The notes below the pieces were generated by a model that was given only the letters and a program-made list of their open reading frames with translations, had not been told where the DNA came from and did no database searches. The position numbers were made by a program, and so were the translations under genes. A stretch of 32,566 bases of DNA from a virus (lineage: Duplodnaviria > Caudoviricetes), in IMG/VR virus record IMGVR_UViG_3300045980_000063, positions 1 through 32,566 of that record. The stretch is one strand, 5' to 3'. Position 1 is the stretch's first letter. The number at the start of each line of letters is the position of its first letter. Shown here one piece after another: positions 8,873-18,792 of the stretch.

Positions 8873-10233
8873 CACCCACCCCCGATGCTGTAGACCTCGT
8901 TCAGCGACACGGCATCGACGTACGTCGTGAATAGCGGGTCCGTGGCGGATCCTCCCGTGCCGACGGCGAGCACCACGTTCGTTACTCCTGCGGGGAGTGT
9001 GAACTCGACCGACAGCCGATGCGTACCGGGGACGTTCGGAGCCTGGGGGCCGTGGGTCTCCACCCACGCGCCGCCACCGATGCGCCAGGCCACGAACAGC
9101 CGCCGCTGGCGGTTCGCCGTGGTCGGTGACGAGTGAGCGGCGGGGAGGTGGATCGTCGCCTCGAACCGATACCGCCGGTCGGGCATGATGCCCCAGGGCA
9201 TCGCATCCGCCGCGCGGATATCGCCGAAGCTGCCGCCGGAGGCGTTCACGGCGCGAGCGGACGCGACCCCATCAGCGGCCCAGTCCGTCGACCGTGTGAA
9301 CGAAGCCCCAGCGCCGCCCGACCCGAGACCGCTCGATGTCCACCCGGCCGTGTTCAGCTCGAACGACGGGTTCGGGCACAGGTTCGGGCCGTACATCCGA
9401 CCGCCCGCTCCCGCCCCGGCGAGGTCATAGCGGCGGTTCACGTCCGCGTTGCTCGCGTGCGCGGCCTTGATCGCGGCGTTGGTCGCGAACATGGCGTTGA
9501 GGTCCGCGTTCGTCAGCAGCGGCACCGCGAGCCCCGGCACCGGCGGGTTCGCTTCCATCCCGGACATCTCCTGGCGGGTCATGCCGAGACCGGCCATGAC
9601 CGACACGTCGACCTCGAGGATGTTCGCCACGCCGAGGTAGAGCGGCCGGGGCACTCGCATGAGGGCATCGCGGCTTCCCACGCGGATGCAGATCACCGGC
9701 GGCATGTGCCGCCCCGCCGTGCCCAGCAGCGCTTGCACCTTCGCGGCCGTGTCCGCGTCGTCGGCGCGCACGTCGAAGTTCAGCCCGTCGAGACCGCCGC
9801 GCGGTTCCGACAGGGCCACCGCGAAGCGGCCACCGAGCGGACGGGAGAACGTCACGGTCGCCGGCCGAGACAAGGTCTGCGCGGCCGTCGCCATCGCGGC
9901 GGCCGCGACAGCTCCCTGCGGATGCAGGGGGTTGTGCAGCCACGTCTCGGCGACGTCGAGCACGACCGGCGCGGACGACTCGTAGCCGATGGTCGCGCCG
10001 GCCGCGTCGACGTACTCGGCCTGGTAGACCACAGGCACCCCGAAGGGGACCTCGTGATCCATCCGAGACAGGGCACCGGCGGTGACCGCGCCCACCGCGC
10101 CGCGGACGACACGGGAAGTGCCATCCGCGGTGCGGTGGATCGTCACCGTCGCCGTGCCCGCGGGCATCGAGGACACGTAGACCTCGGCCCGCGGGCACGG
10201 CGAGGCGTCGAGCATCGGGGTGACCTGGATCAT
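8872..10233 (-). CDS. Distal tail-like protein with C-terminal carbohydrate-binding-like domain
   Basis: Immediately follows the tape measure gene. NLCPNPSFE...GW...YVDAVSL is a CBM4/9-like signature. Confidence 0.7.
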   Translation of the reverse strand: MIQVTPMLDASPCPRAEVYVSSMPAGTATVTIHRTADGTSRVVRGAVGAVTAGALSRMDHEVPFGVPVVYQAEYVDAAGATIGYESSAPVVLDVAETWLHNPLHPQGAVAAAAMATAAQTLSRPATVTFSRPLGGRFAVALSEPRGGLDGLNFDVRADDADTAAKVQALLGTAGRHMPPVICIRVGSRDALMRVPRPLYLGVANILEVDVSVMAGLGMTRQEMSGMEANPPVPGLAVPLLTNADLNAMFATNAAIKAAHASNADVNRRYDLAGAGAGGRMYGPNLCPNPSFELNTAGWTSSGLGSGGAGASFTRSTDWAADGVASARAVNASGGSFGDIRAADAMPWGIMPDRRYRFEATIHLPAAHSSPTTANRQRRLFVAWRIGGGAWVETHGPQAPNVPGTHRLSVEFTLPAGVTNVVLAVGTGGSATDPLFTTYVDAVSLNEVYSIGGG

Positions 10234-13200
10234 CGAACCTGCCTCCCCTGCACCACGCGACGCCGCCGCCGCTCCTCCTGCTCCGAGACCACCCCGGAAG
10301 CTTCCTGCCTGATCACGCCCCGAAGGGTCTCCCCGGAATCGAGCACGAGCTCGAACTTCTCCGGGAAGATCGCTGGAGGAGCCTCGACCGCGACCTGCAC
10401 GGGCTGAGCTGCCTGAGCAGCGCCCACCGGCACGCGCACCATCGGGCCGTCCCCGCGGAGACCGACAGCGGGGCTGTCGAGAAGCCGACGGAGCGTTCCG
10501 TCGGCCATGGCCGCGCGGATCTTGTAGACGTTCTCGTGCCCGCCGGCGCCCTGCACCTCGCTGGCCGCGTTCATGTGCTCATCGTTCGACGCCCACAGAG
10601 GCACCAGGTCAGACCTGGGGCCGCCGGGCCCGATGATCGGGCCACCGAAGGCCCGCTTCACGACTCCGACGTTCACCTTCGGGAGGGTGACCTTCGGAGA
10701 GTTGTTCCCGGCGTTCAGCTTCGGCTTGCTCACGACCGGCGGCTCGTTGCCGACCTTCACCTCGACCTTGAACTCCATGTCCCAGGGGTTCTTCAGGGCC
10801 TTGGTGATCGCGTTGACGACACGGTCCGTCTCGGCCTTCAGCTTCCGCTGGATCGCGGCGGCGTCGTTCTGAGCGGCCCGGATCTGCCGGTCGCCCTCGT
10901 TCTTCGCCGCACGGATTGCCCGGTCGCCTTCGATCGTTGCCTTCCGGATCGCCCGGTCGCCCTCGATCGTTGCCTTCCGCACGCGGCGGTCGCCTTCCTG
11001 CTTCGCGACCCACACGGCCCGGTCGCCCTCTTGCTTCGCGACCCAGACCGCCCGGTTGCCGCGCTGCTCGGCGGCGCGGATCTGCCGATCCCCTTCCGCC
11101 TTCGCGGTGTTGATCTGCCACTGGCCCCACTTCTCCGCGTTGGAGATGATCCGGGACGCCTGCTTCTCCGCGTTCGCGATGGCCTTCTCAGCCTTCGCCT
11201 CCGTCGCGGCGAGCTGCTTCTCCGCTGTGGTGATCGACTGCGCGTAGTAGCGGTCCGCGATCTGGTTGCCCGTCGACGCGGCGGCCTGGTTGATCGTCTT
11301 GTGCAGCGAGTTCACGTCGGCGACGTCGGCCTTGCTCATCGTGAGCAATGCATCGATCATCGGCTCGGCCTGATCGATGCCGAGCGCCATCACCTCACGG
11401 ATGAACGAGGCCGTGAAGCCCATCTGCCCGAGCCGCTTGATCTTCGACGCCAAGGCCTTCGCGGACTTCGCCTGCCCCCACAGCCCCGACTTGATCGAGG
11501 CCTTCGTGACCGGCACCGTCTCATCGACCTCGCGCTGCGACGTCGACGACAGCGACGTGCCGCCCACCGACTGCGACGACTTCTCAGTGATCGTGCGGGT
11601 GCGCGTCGTCGCCGTCGCGAGCACGCCCAGGTCGAACTTCGACCGGATCGTGCCCGCCACAGCGGACGCCATCGAATCCGATGCCGCGCGCAGGTCGTCG
11701 AGCTTCGCCGACGCCTTCTCGACGGCGGCGTTCCACTTCGACGTGACCTTCTCGACGAGCGCGTCCGCACGCTCCGTCGCGGACTTCACCCGCGCAGCGG
11801 CGCGCACCTCGGCCGCGTCGACGAGCTTCGTCTTCACCCGCTCCGCGGACTCTACGAGCTTCGACTTCTCCTTCTCCGCCGCCTTGACCGCCGCGGCGCG
11901 ACGCGCCTCGGCAGCGGCGACGAGCTTCGAACGCTCGCGCTCGGCCTTGTCGACGGCGGAGGACTTCTCCTCCTCCGCCTTCCTCACCCGCGCGGTCTTC
12001 GCCGTCTCGGCCTCGTCGACGAGCTTCGACTTGCGGTCCTCGGCGGCGCTGATCGCCGTCTCGGCCTGCTTAGCCTGCTTCTCCAGGCGCAGGAAGCTCG
12101 TCTCCGAGTCGCGGGCGATCTTCATCAGCCGGTCCCCGGACTTCCCGCCGGTGTCCTCGGCGGTCTGCATGAGCTTGTCGACGAGCTGGAGCCCGCCGCC
12201 GTTCATGCCCTGCTGCTGCGGCTTCCCGCGACGCAGATCCGTGAACCAGTCCTGCTGCGTGCCGACGAGGCGATCCGTCTCGGACTTCAGAGCCGACGCG
12301 AGCTGCTCACGCTCACGCTTCGCGTCCTCCCACTTCGACTTCCACTCCTTGTCGAGATCCTGAAGCCACTCCGCCTTCGGGTCCGCCGCGGCGCGGTGGG
12401 CGACCTCCTGCCACTGCTTCCAGACCGAGTACTCCTTCTCCACGGCCGCACTGTGCTGACGCTGCGTGTCCAGGATCCCGCCGTTCGCGAACGCGCGCGG
12501 CGGACCGCCCAGCGCCGTCGGGTCGAACGAAGCGAACCCGCCCAAGCGACGCACCGCTTCCGCGGCGATCGCCCGGTTCCGCTTCTCCTGGCCCGCCTTC
12601 CCGGAGATGTACGCTTCCCAGCGCGTCTCCATCTCGGCGAACTTGTGGATCGCCTGCGGGCGCCCCTTGTAGATCGCCGGCTGGAGACCGCGGTGGACGA
12701 CCGCACCGTTGGCGAACGCCAGCGCGCTCCCACCCGCGAAAAGGTTCCCGTTCGCGCTGCCGGGGAGGAGCGGGGTCCCCTGGTGCTGCGGGGCCGGAGC
12801 GATCCGCTCGACGATCTCGCGCATGCGCGTCGTGATCGTCATCGTGCGGTCTTGGATCTGACTGTGGAGATGGGAGAGTGCGCCGATGGCGGTCTGCACG
12901 CTGCCGTCGTCAACGACTACCGTCCCGTCAGGGAGGGTCTCCGTCTTGTACCCGAGCGCCTCGAGCGCCGCCATCAGGCCGGGGATGTCATCCTCGGTGA
13001 CGTTGAACTCGCCATCCGGCGTTGCGAGGATCTGGGTCGCAAGGTTGATCAGGCGGAGCTTGTTCGCGTCGACCGTGCCCGAGTCGTCCACCGCGAAGGC
13101 GACGACCTCGGGTGTGGAGAGCATGGTTGTGATGAGTCCGTCGACGGCCTCATCGGCGACTCCCGCGCCGGCCGCGGCTTCCCGCAGCTGGCCCTCGTAG

Positions 13201-15800
13201 CGGCTGTAGATCTCACGCGCGGCCTCGACGGACACGCCCGTCTCGCCTCGCGCCTTCGCCGCGGCGTCGGCCGCGATCACCTCGTCGAGGTAGGCGTCGT
13301 TCAGCGCGGTCACCTGGTCGAACAGTGCCCGGCCGGCCTGGGTGGTCGTGTCGATCGAGCCCGACTGGTCGATGAGTCCCTTGGCGAGGTTCTCGCCGGC
13401 GTCGTTCGTCTTCTCGAACGCGTCAGCGAGGTTCTCGACCTGCTCGTGGTAGTCGCGGAGAGCCTGCTCCTGCGACTTCGCGCCACCGTTGAGCTCGTTC
13501 AGCACCGACTTCAGCGCCGACAGCTTGGACGCAGCATCCGACGACGTGTCCCGCAGGATCGCGAGAGCATCATCGATGCGCTGCGCCGACCGTGCCGCCT
13601 CGCCCATCTCCTCCTGCGCGCCGCGGAGCGCTTCACGGTACTGCTGCGCCTGGTCCTGCGCCTCCGCGAGCACCGCCGCCTGCTCGTCGAGGTAGCCGAC
13701 GAGGTCACCGGCCGCGGTCCCGGCACCTTCCGTGTCCCGCTGGAGCTCCTGGAACCGCTGCGCGAGGTGGACGGACGACTCGCCGCCCCGATCGATCGCG
13801 AGGATGACCTCCTCATACTCGGCCTTCGAACCGCGCAGAGCCGCGCCCATGGTGGCATGGGAGACGCCGAGCCGCTCCGCGAGAGCGGTCGACCGGGTGA
13901 GCACCTCCTCTTCCTCGGAGTGCGCCTGGATGTTGGACTGGAGCTCCTGACGCACCATCGCGATGGCGGCCTGGTTGCCCATGAGCGCGTCCGTGAACCG
14001 CTGCGACGAGATGCCGACCTCGTCGAGCTTCTCAATCCAGCCGTCGTCGACGAGTGCCTGAGCGAACACCTCGCGCGTCGCCGCCGTCGCCGCGCCGGTC
14101 ACGTCGTCGAGCGTGCCCTTCAGCGAGGCGACGCCCTCCTCGTACTCGCGAGTCTTCTCCTGCGCAGCTGCCATCGCGGCCGTCACAGCAGCCACAGCCA
14201 CAGAGATCCCGGTGAGGGCGATGCCAATCGGGTTCGACATGAACGCGTTCTTCATCGCCAGGCTGAGACCAGAGATCTTCGCACTCGCCGCGCCGGCCGC
14301 GGCTCCGAAGAAACCAACCTGGCGGCTCGTCGCACCGAGCTCGCCGCCCGTGGCGGCTGCGATGCCCCGCTGGAGAGCCATCTGCTCGCCGAAGCGCTGC
14401 AGTGCGGTCGACACTCCGCCCATGTTCGTGCGGAGCGCGAGGAACGCGACCGCCGCGGCGAGCACGGGGGTTGGAACCTGGCCGAGGATGCCAACCAGCG
14501 GCGACGCGACCGCGGTAATAGCCCCGATGCCGGCGGCTACAAGCGGGAGGGCGCTACCGAGACCGCTCGCGAGGAGCTTGGCGAGGTCGCCCGCGACCGA
14601 CATCATGGGGCCGAATGCGCCAGACAGTTCCATCAGCGCGCCGCGCACCTCCGGCGACGCGAGTGCCACGGCGCCCAGTGCGCCCGTCAGCGGGTTGAGA
14701 GCGCCGACGAAGCTGCCGATGATAGGGATTCCACCGAGCATCGAGCTCGCCCAGCCGGTGACCGCGCCGCCGAGCGCGGCGATGGCGGGCGCGTAGACCT
14801 CGGCGTGGTTCAGGAACGACTCCAGCTGCGACGAGTCCCACGCGCTGATGACGACGCGGGCCTTGTCGAGACCGGTCGTGATGCCCGCGAAGGCGGGAGC
14901 GAGGCGTTCGGTCATGATCGACACGACCGGCTGGGTGTGCTTCAGCACGGCGCGGAGCACGTCGGCGTACTGGTTCGCCCAGGTGATCGCCATGCCGCCG
15001 CCCTGCTGGGAGATGAACGGCTCCGCGAGCGAAGCGCCAATCTCGCGGTTCGCGGCGGTGATCCGGTCAACAGCGCCCGACCACGTCTCCTTGACGTTCG
15101 CGGCGGCCCCGCCGAACTTCTCGGACATCTGCTCGGTGAGCACGTCGACGGCGCGGCCGGCGTCGATGGTGCCCTTGGTGATCGACTCGCGGATCTCCGA
15201 AGCGCTCTGGCCGAAGCCTTCCCCGAGGAGGGTCGCGGCGTCGAGTCCCCGCTCGCCGAGCATGTTGAGGTCTTCGGCTGTGATCTTCCCCGACGAGGAG
15301 ATCTTCGCGAAGATGCTGACGATCTCGCTGATCTGCTGGTTCGCTCCGCCCACGGCGGCGGTTGCGTCCTGCACGGCCGAGAGGATCGGGATGACCTTGC
15401 CGGCTTCGATGCCGAAGCCGAGCAGCTGCTGCTGCGCCTGCAGGAACGTCGACTTCGAGAACGGGCTGTTGCGGGCGAAGTCGTCGAGCTGAGCCATCTG
15501 GTCGTTGACGGCCTCGGTGGAGCCGAGGATCGTCTTCAGCGCGGCGCGGGAGGTCTGCTGCAGCGTGTTGTACGCGGCGCCCGTCTTGAACAGGGACGTG
15601 ACGTAGGCGGTGGCGGCGACCGTGGTCGCGGTGATCGAGCCGGCGGCGATGTTCATGCCGCCCTTGATGAGCCCGCCGACCTTCTGCCCGGCCTGCCCAG
15701 CCCTCGAGAGGGAATCTCCCGCGGACTGGGCGTCGCTACGGAACTTGTCGACGCCGTCGAGTCGGATGGTTGCGACGAGCTCGCCAGCGTTGAACGCCAC
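10230..15800 (-). CDS. Tape measure protein
   Basis: 1856 aa, Ala-rich helical. Tape-measure motif (FARNSPFS...GKITAEDLNML), hydrophobic middle region, 11-aa repeats. Confidence 0.95.
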   Translation of the reverse strand: MAFNAGELVATIRLDGVDKFRSDAQSAGDSLSRAGQAGQKVGGLIKGGMNIAAGSITATTVAATAYVTSLFKTGAAYNTLQQTSRAALKTILGSTEAVNDQMAQLDDFARNSPFSKSTFLQAQQQLLGFGIEAGKVIPILSAVQDATAAVGGANQQISEIVSIFAKISSSGKITAEDLNMLGERGLDAATLLGEGFGQSASEIRESITKGTIDAGRAVDVLTEQMSEKFGGAAANVKETWSGAVDRITAANREIGASLAEPFISQQGGGMAITWANQYADVLRAVLKHTQPVVSIMTERLAPAFAGITTGLDKARVVISAWDSSQLESFLNHAEVYAPAIAALGGAVTGWASSMLGGIPIIGSFVGALNPLTGALGAVALASPEVRGALMELSGAFGPMMSVAGDLAKLLASGLGSALPLVAAGIGAITAVASPLVGILGQVPTPVLAAAVAFLALRTNMGGVSTALQRFGEQMALQRGIAAATGGELGATSRQVGFFGAAAGAASAKISGLSLAMKNAFMSNPIGIALTGISVAVAAVTAAMAAAQEKTREYEEGVASLKGTLDDVTGAATAATREVFAQALVDDGWIEKLDEVGISSQRFTDALMGNQAAIAMVRQELQSNIQAHSEEEEVLTRSTALAERLGVSHATMGAALRGSKAEYEEVILAIDRGGESSVHLAQRFQELQRDTEGAGTAAGDLVGYLDEQAAVLAEAQDQAQQYREALRGAQEEMGEAARSAQRIDDALAILRDTSSDAASKLSALKSVLNELNGGAKSQEQALRDYHEQVENLADAFEKTNDAGENLAKGLIDQSGSIDTTTQAGRALFDQVTALNDAYLDEVIAADAAAKARGETGVSVEAAREIYSRYEGQLREAAAGAGVADEAVDGLITTMLSTPEVVAFAVDDSGTVDANKLRLINLATQILATPDGEFNVTEDDIPGLMAALEALGYKTETLPDGTVVVDDGSVQTAIGALSHLHSQIQDRTMTITTRMREIVERIAPAPQHQGTPLLPGSANGNLFAGGSALAFANGAVVHRGLQPAIYKGRPQAIHKFAEMETRWEAYISGKAGQEKRNRAIAAEAVRRLGGFASFDPTALGGPPRAFANGGILDTQRQHSAAVEKEYSVWKQWQEVAHRAAADPKAEWLQDLDKEWKSKWEDAKREREQLASALKSETDRLVGTQQDWFTDLRRGKPQQQGMNGGGLQLVDKLMQTAEDTGGKSGDRLMKIARDSETSFLRLEKQAKQAETAISAAEDRKSKLVDEAETAKTARVRKAEEEKSSAVDKAERERSKLVAAAEARRAAAVKAAEKEKSKLVESAERVKTKLVDAAEVRAAARVKSATERADALVEKVTSKWNAAVEKASAKLDDLRAASDSMASAVAGTIRSKFDLGVLATATTRTRTITEKSSQSVGGTSLSSTSQREVDETVPVTKASIKSGLWGQAKSAKALASKIKRLGQMGFTASFIREVMALGIDQAEPMIDALLTMSKADVADVNSLHKTINQAAASTGNQIADRYYAQSITTAEKQLAATEAKAEKAIANAEKQASRIISNAEKWGQWQINTAKAEGDRQIRAAEQRGNRAVWVAKQEGDRAVWVAKQEGDRRVRKATIEGDRAIRKATIEGDRAIRAAKNEGDRQIRAAQNDAAAIQRKLKAETDRVVNAITKALKNPWDMEFKVEVKVGNEPPVVSKPKLNAGNNSPKVTLPKVNVGVVKRAFGGPIIGPGGPRSDLVPLWASNDEHMNAASEVQGAGGHENVYKIRAAMADGTLRRLLDSPAVGLRGDGPMVRVPVGAAQAAQPVQVAVEAPPAIFPEKFELVLDSGETLRGVIRQEASGVVSEQEERRRRRVVQGRQVR
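10880..11110 (-). repeat. 33-bp (11-aa) tandem repeats in the tape measure C-terminus
   Basis: AKAEGDRQIRA / AKQEGDRAVWV / KATIEGDRAIR x2 / AKNEGDRQIRA. Boundaries approximate. Confidence 0.8.
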
Positions 15801-15875
15801 GGTGCCTCCTCAGATCAGGACGCACCCGGGCGGGTGCTGAGATGGGTGCCGCGGCGCGGCGACGCCGTCAGGGCG

Positions 15876-16346
15876 TCATTCGGAAGGGGAGTCGGCGGTC
15901 TGCGGCGGCGCGGTGAGGCCCGCCATGAGGTCTGCGGTCATGGCCTCGAAGGAGGCCTTCTGGACGGCGTACATTGCGTACAGGCCGGTGTCCTTGAGGT
16001 ACTTCTCGTGCGCGGCTTCCAGGCCGTTCGCGAGGTACTCGTCGACGAACTCGATGCCGCCGCCGCCGATGTTCCAGAGGATCGCCGCGTTGGCGACGAC
16101 GTTCGACTCGGCGGAACGCAGCACGTCGAGATCGTCGAAGGCGTCGCCGAGCGCCTTCTTGGCAAGAGCCGTGCCGAGCGCTGTCGCGTCTTCGGGTTCC
16201 TGGCTCTCGAACTTCACCTCGACCCACAGAGCGAACAGCTCGCCGCCCTCCTTGTGCGGGAGCGGGGGGACGCGGATGGCGATGGAGTCTTCCTCGTCGC
16301 CGATGGTGAAGACGAGGTGGCGGCCCTTCTCGGCTGCGGTGATCAT
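15876..16346 (-). CDS. Tail assembly chaperone (G-like), paralog of 16368-17057
   Basis: Lies between major tail and tape measure. GAAGGAG RBS. N-terminus aligns with the upstream gene. Confidence 0.75.
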   Translation of the reverse strand: MITAAEKGRHLVFTIGDEEDSIAIRVPPLPHKEGGELFALWVEVKFESQEPEDATALGTALAKKALGDAFDDLDVLRSAESNVVANAAILWNIGGGGIEFVDEYLANGLEAAHEKYLKDTGLYAMYAVQKASFEAMTADLMAGLTAPPQTADSPSE

Positions 16347-16367
16347 GGGGTTCTCCTTCAGGTGGGA

Positions 16368-17057
16368 TCAGTCGGGTTTCTTCGCCGTGGCCCAGCTGCT
16401 CAGGCGCGTGGGGCGCGGCGAGGTGAGGAGGCCGTCGATGAGGCCTCGGAGCCACCACCAGGGGCGGTGATGAAGGTCGAAGAGGTCGACGTGGAAGACC
16501 TCGCGGAGGTCGCAGAGCGTGTCGGTGTCCCACGTGTCGAGCACGTGCACCCAGAGGTCGCGGGTGCTGACGCCCTTGGACTCCGATTCGCGGCTCGCGC
16601 CGTGCTGCTGGATCTCCTTGCGGAACCAGGCCGGGTAGACGTAGCGGGGGTAGCGGCCCGTGACGGGGTCAGGGTCGCCAACACCGAACTCGGCGAGATC
16701 CTCGATGGTCGCTTCGGCCGCTGACCGCCCCGACTTCAGGCGGCCGGGCTTCTCTTCCGGCGTCTCGGCCAAGTGGGTGTCCAGGCCCCGGTTGCCGAAC
16801 GCGTTCCAGTAGGAAGCGGCCCTCACGAGCCCCGCGAACTCAGGCCCGCGGAGCACCTGCGCCTTCTCGTGGACCTCGGCGCCCAGCGCGATCAGGGCGA
16901 GGCTGCGCTCGCCTTCCAGCGCCGTGATGCCAAGCAGTGCGCGCAGGAGCACGAGCCCGTCGTCGGCGCTCACCGGGGGGACGACGAAGGTGAGCGAGCC
17001 TTCGTCGTCCCCGATGGTGACGTGCAGCCGACGGTCCTTCTCGACTGCGGTGATCAC
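16368..17057 (-). CDS. Tail assembly chaperone, G-like N-terminus fused in frame to a T-like C-terminus
   Basis: C-terminal DLREVFHVDL...PWWWLRGLIDGL resembles actinophage post-frameshift (T) chaperone segments. Confidence 0.7.
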   Translation of the reverse strand: MITAVEKDRRLHVTIGDDEGSLTFVVPPVSADDGLVLLRALLGITALEGERSLALIALGAEVHEKAQVLRGPEFAGLVRAASYWNAFGNRGLDTHLAETPEEKPGRLKSGRSAAEATIEDLAEFGVGDPDPVTGRYPRYVYPAWFRKEIQQHGASRESESKGVSTRDLWVHVLDTWDTDTLCDLREVFHVDLFDLHHRPWWWLRGLIDGLLTSPRPTRLSSWATAKKPD

Positions 17058-17060
17058 GCG

Positions 17061-17558
17061 CTACGGCGTTGCGAGCGCCGGGTTGGTGATCTTCTTCCGG
17101 TCGCCCTGGCCGGTGAACTCGAACTGGAACCACTCCAGGTCGTCGTTGCCGGTGTTCACGCGGGACCAGTTCACGGCCGCGGTGCCCTCGTAGGCCAGCG
17201 CGGCGGACGTGGCGTGGTAGTAGCGGTAGCCGATGACGTTCTCGCCGCCGATGGCGTCGGCCGCCTCGATGAGGGCGATGAGCTCCGGCTGGAACTCGCC
17301 CTGCGCGTCCTTCACGCCCTTCACCTGAACCTGCATGGTGAAGTCCTCGCCGGTCTTGCTCTGGCTCGTCTGGCCCTTGTTGGCGTAGGTCGAACCGTCC
17401 TTCAGCTTCGGGGCCGGAGTGGGCGTGAGGCCAGTGATGTCGGGCACGTTGAGGTAGACCTTGGGGTCTGCGGTGATGTCCGCGCAGATGTCCCAGATCC
17501 ACTCGAACGAAGATGCTGCCGAGCCCTGCGTAGGCGCGACGTCGTCGAACTGCGTCAT
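17061..17558 (-). CDS. Major tail protein
   Basis: Position, GAAAGGA RBS, tail-tube-like sequence (DGSTYANKG...AYEGTAAV...FEFTGQG). Confidence 0.85.
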   Translation of the reverse strand: MTQFDDVAPTQGSAASSFEWIWDICADITADPKVYLNVPDITGLTPTPAPKLKDGSTYANKGQTSQSKTGEDFTMQVQVKGVKDAQGEFQPELIALIEAADAIGGENVIGYRYYHATSAALAYEGTAAVNWSRVNTGNDDLEWFQFEFTGQGDRKKITNPALATP

Positions 17559-17586
17559 GGGGTGTTTCCTTTCCGAGAAACGCGAA

Positions 17587-17610
17587 AGCCCTCACCGGTC
17601 GGTGAGGGCT
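17587..17610 (-). terminator. Hairpin upstream of the major tail gene (terminator or mRNA stabiliser)
   Basis: AGCCCTCACC-N4-GGTGAGGGCT followed on the minus strand by TTCGCGTTT. Confidence 0.55.
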
Positions 17611-17643
17611 GGGTGACTGCGCCTGGCAGCCGGGATGAGGGGG

Positions 17644-18072
17644 TCAGATGGCTTCGAGCGCGCTCAACTGCCAGTTCGACGTGAACGACCAGCGGTCGTT
17701 GGCGTCCTGTCCCATGGGGGAGAAGCTGAGGTACTTCCCGAGCGCTTGCACCGGACCGAGCGTGAGCTGCTGGCGGTGGATGAGGGCGCGCAGCCGGTCG
17801 AACGTCTCGATGCCGTCCAGCGGGTTCCCCGCCTGTCGCCACCGGACTTGGAGGCGGGTGGCGGTGAGCTGTCGCTTAGCGGTGGGGGAGAAGCCGGTGT
17901 ACTCGGGCGCGTAGATCGCGACCGAGAGGATCTCGCGCGGTGTCTCCGGGAACGCGGCGATGACGATGCCGCGCTCGTCGGGCTGGTAGACGCCCGACTC
18001 CCGGTAGACGCCGAAGTCGTTCGCGCCGAGAAGTTCGGCCGCGCCTCGGAGGATGTCGGTGTGGTGCGTCAT
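17644..18072 (-). CDS. Tail terminator
   Basis: Position before major tail. Motifs LQVRWR and PMGQDANDRW...NW. Confidence 0.75.
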   Translation of the reverse strand: MTHHTDILRGAAELLGANDFGVYRESGVYQPDERGIVIAAFPETPREILSVAIYAPEYTGFSPTAKRQLTATRLQVRWRQAGNPLDGIETFDRLRALIHRQQLTLGPVQALGKYLSFSPMGQDANDRWSFTSNWQLSALEAI

Positions 18073-18082
18073 GGGTCTCCGT

Positions 18083-18457
18083 TCAGCTGCCGAGCGCCCG
18101 CTGGATCTCCATGGCGACGACGCCCATCAGCTCGCCTTCCATCTCGACCGCGGGGCCTTCGAGGTACTTCGCGCCGGCGCGCGGGTTGTGCGCCGTCTGG
18201 AAGTTCATGTGCGTTCCCTCGTGCACGGCGATGCCGTACGGGAAGCCGCGGTTCGAGGCGTTGTAGGCGACGGCCGCGACGAGACTGCCGGCGTTGGCGT
18301 CGTGGGTCGCGCCCGAGGCGCGCAGGTCGCCGCTGTCGACGGGCACGCGCGCCTGCGACTCGGCGAGCAGCGCACGGGCGGCCTTGTTCAGCCCGAGCGC
18401 CGCAGCATCGCCGACGCGTGCGGCAGCCTCGTCGCCGTTCCATCGGAAACTGGACAT
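18083..18457 (-). CDS. HK97 gp10-like neck protein
   Basis: VPVDSGDLRAS...YGIAVHE...AKYLE motif. Confidence 0.8.
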   Translation of the reverse strand: MSSFRWNGDEAAARVGDAAALGLNKAARALLAESQARVPVDSGDLRASGATHDANAGSLVAAVAYNASNRGFPYGIAVHEGTHMNFQTAHNPRAGAKYLEGPAVEMEGELMGVVAMEIQRALGS

Positions 18458-18459
18458 GG

Positions 18460-18792
18460 CTACTCCAATGCGAGCTCGGTGAACCGCGGCAGCCGGGGGA
18501 AGTCGGCGAGGGAGACGACGATGACCTTCGACTCCCGCTGCCGGGCGGTGCCGCGCCAGATCGTGACGAGCGACCCCTCCGGCACGTCGTGGTCCGGGTA
18601 GTCGAGCGCTACGCGCGCTTCAGCGACAACCTCGCGGCTATCACGCGCGCGAACGAGCTTCCGCTTGTCGTCGATCAAGGCGCGCTCGCACACGACCTCG
18701 GGGCCGTAGACGGGCCCGTAGGCTCCCTCGCCGACCTTCGGCTTGTAGGACACGAGCTCGCGGTGCGGCATCATCCGAGCGGGCAAGCGCAT
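18460..18792 (-). CDS. Head-to-tail stopper
   Basis: GEGAYGPVYG...KRKLVRARDSREVV motif and position. Confidence 0.75.
   Translation of the reverse strand: MRLPARMMPHRELVSYKPKVGEGAYGPVYGPEVVCERALIDDKRKLVRARDSREVVAEARVALDYPDHDVPEGSLVTIWRGTARQRESKVIVVSLADFPRLPRFTELALE

Noticed and set aside
15801-15900. Slippery-site frameshift extension of the second tail chaperone
   Set aside because: No XXXYYYZ heptamer noticed near its end, and only about 75 bp remain before the tape measure gene.
10536-16724. 2062-aa plus-strand ORF and other long antisense ORFs (6516-8792, 23097-25505, 21851-23608)
   Set aside because: Shadow frames of real minus-strand genes in high-GC DNA, with no recognisable motifs.
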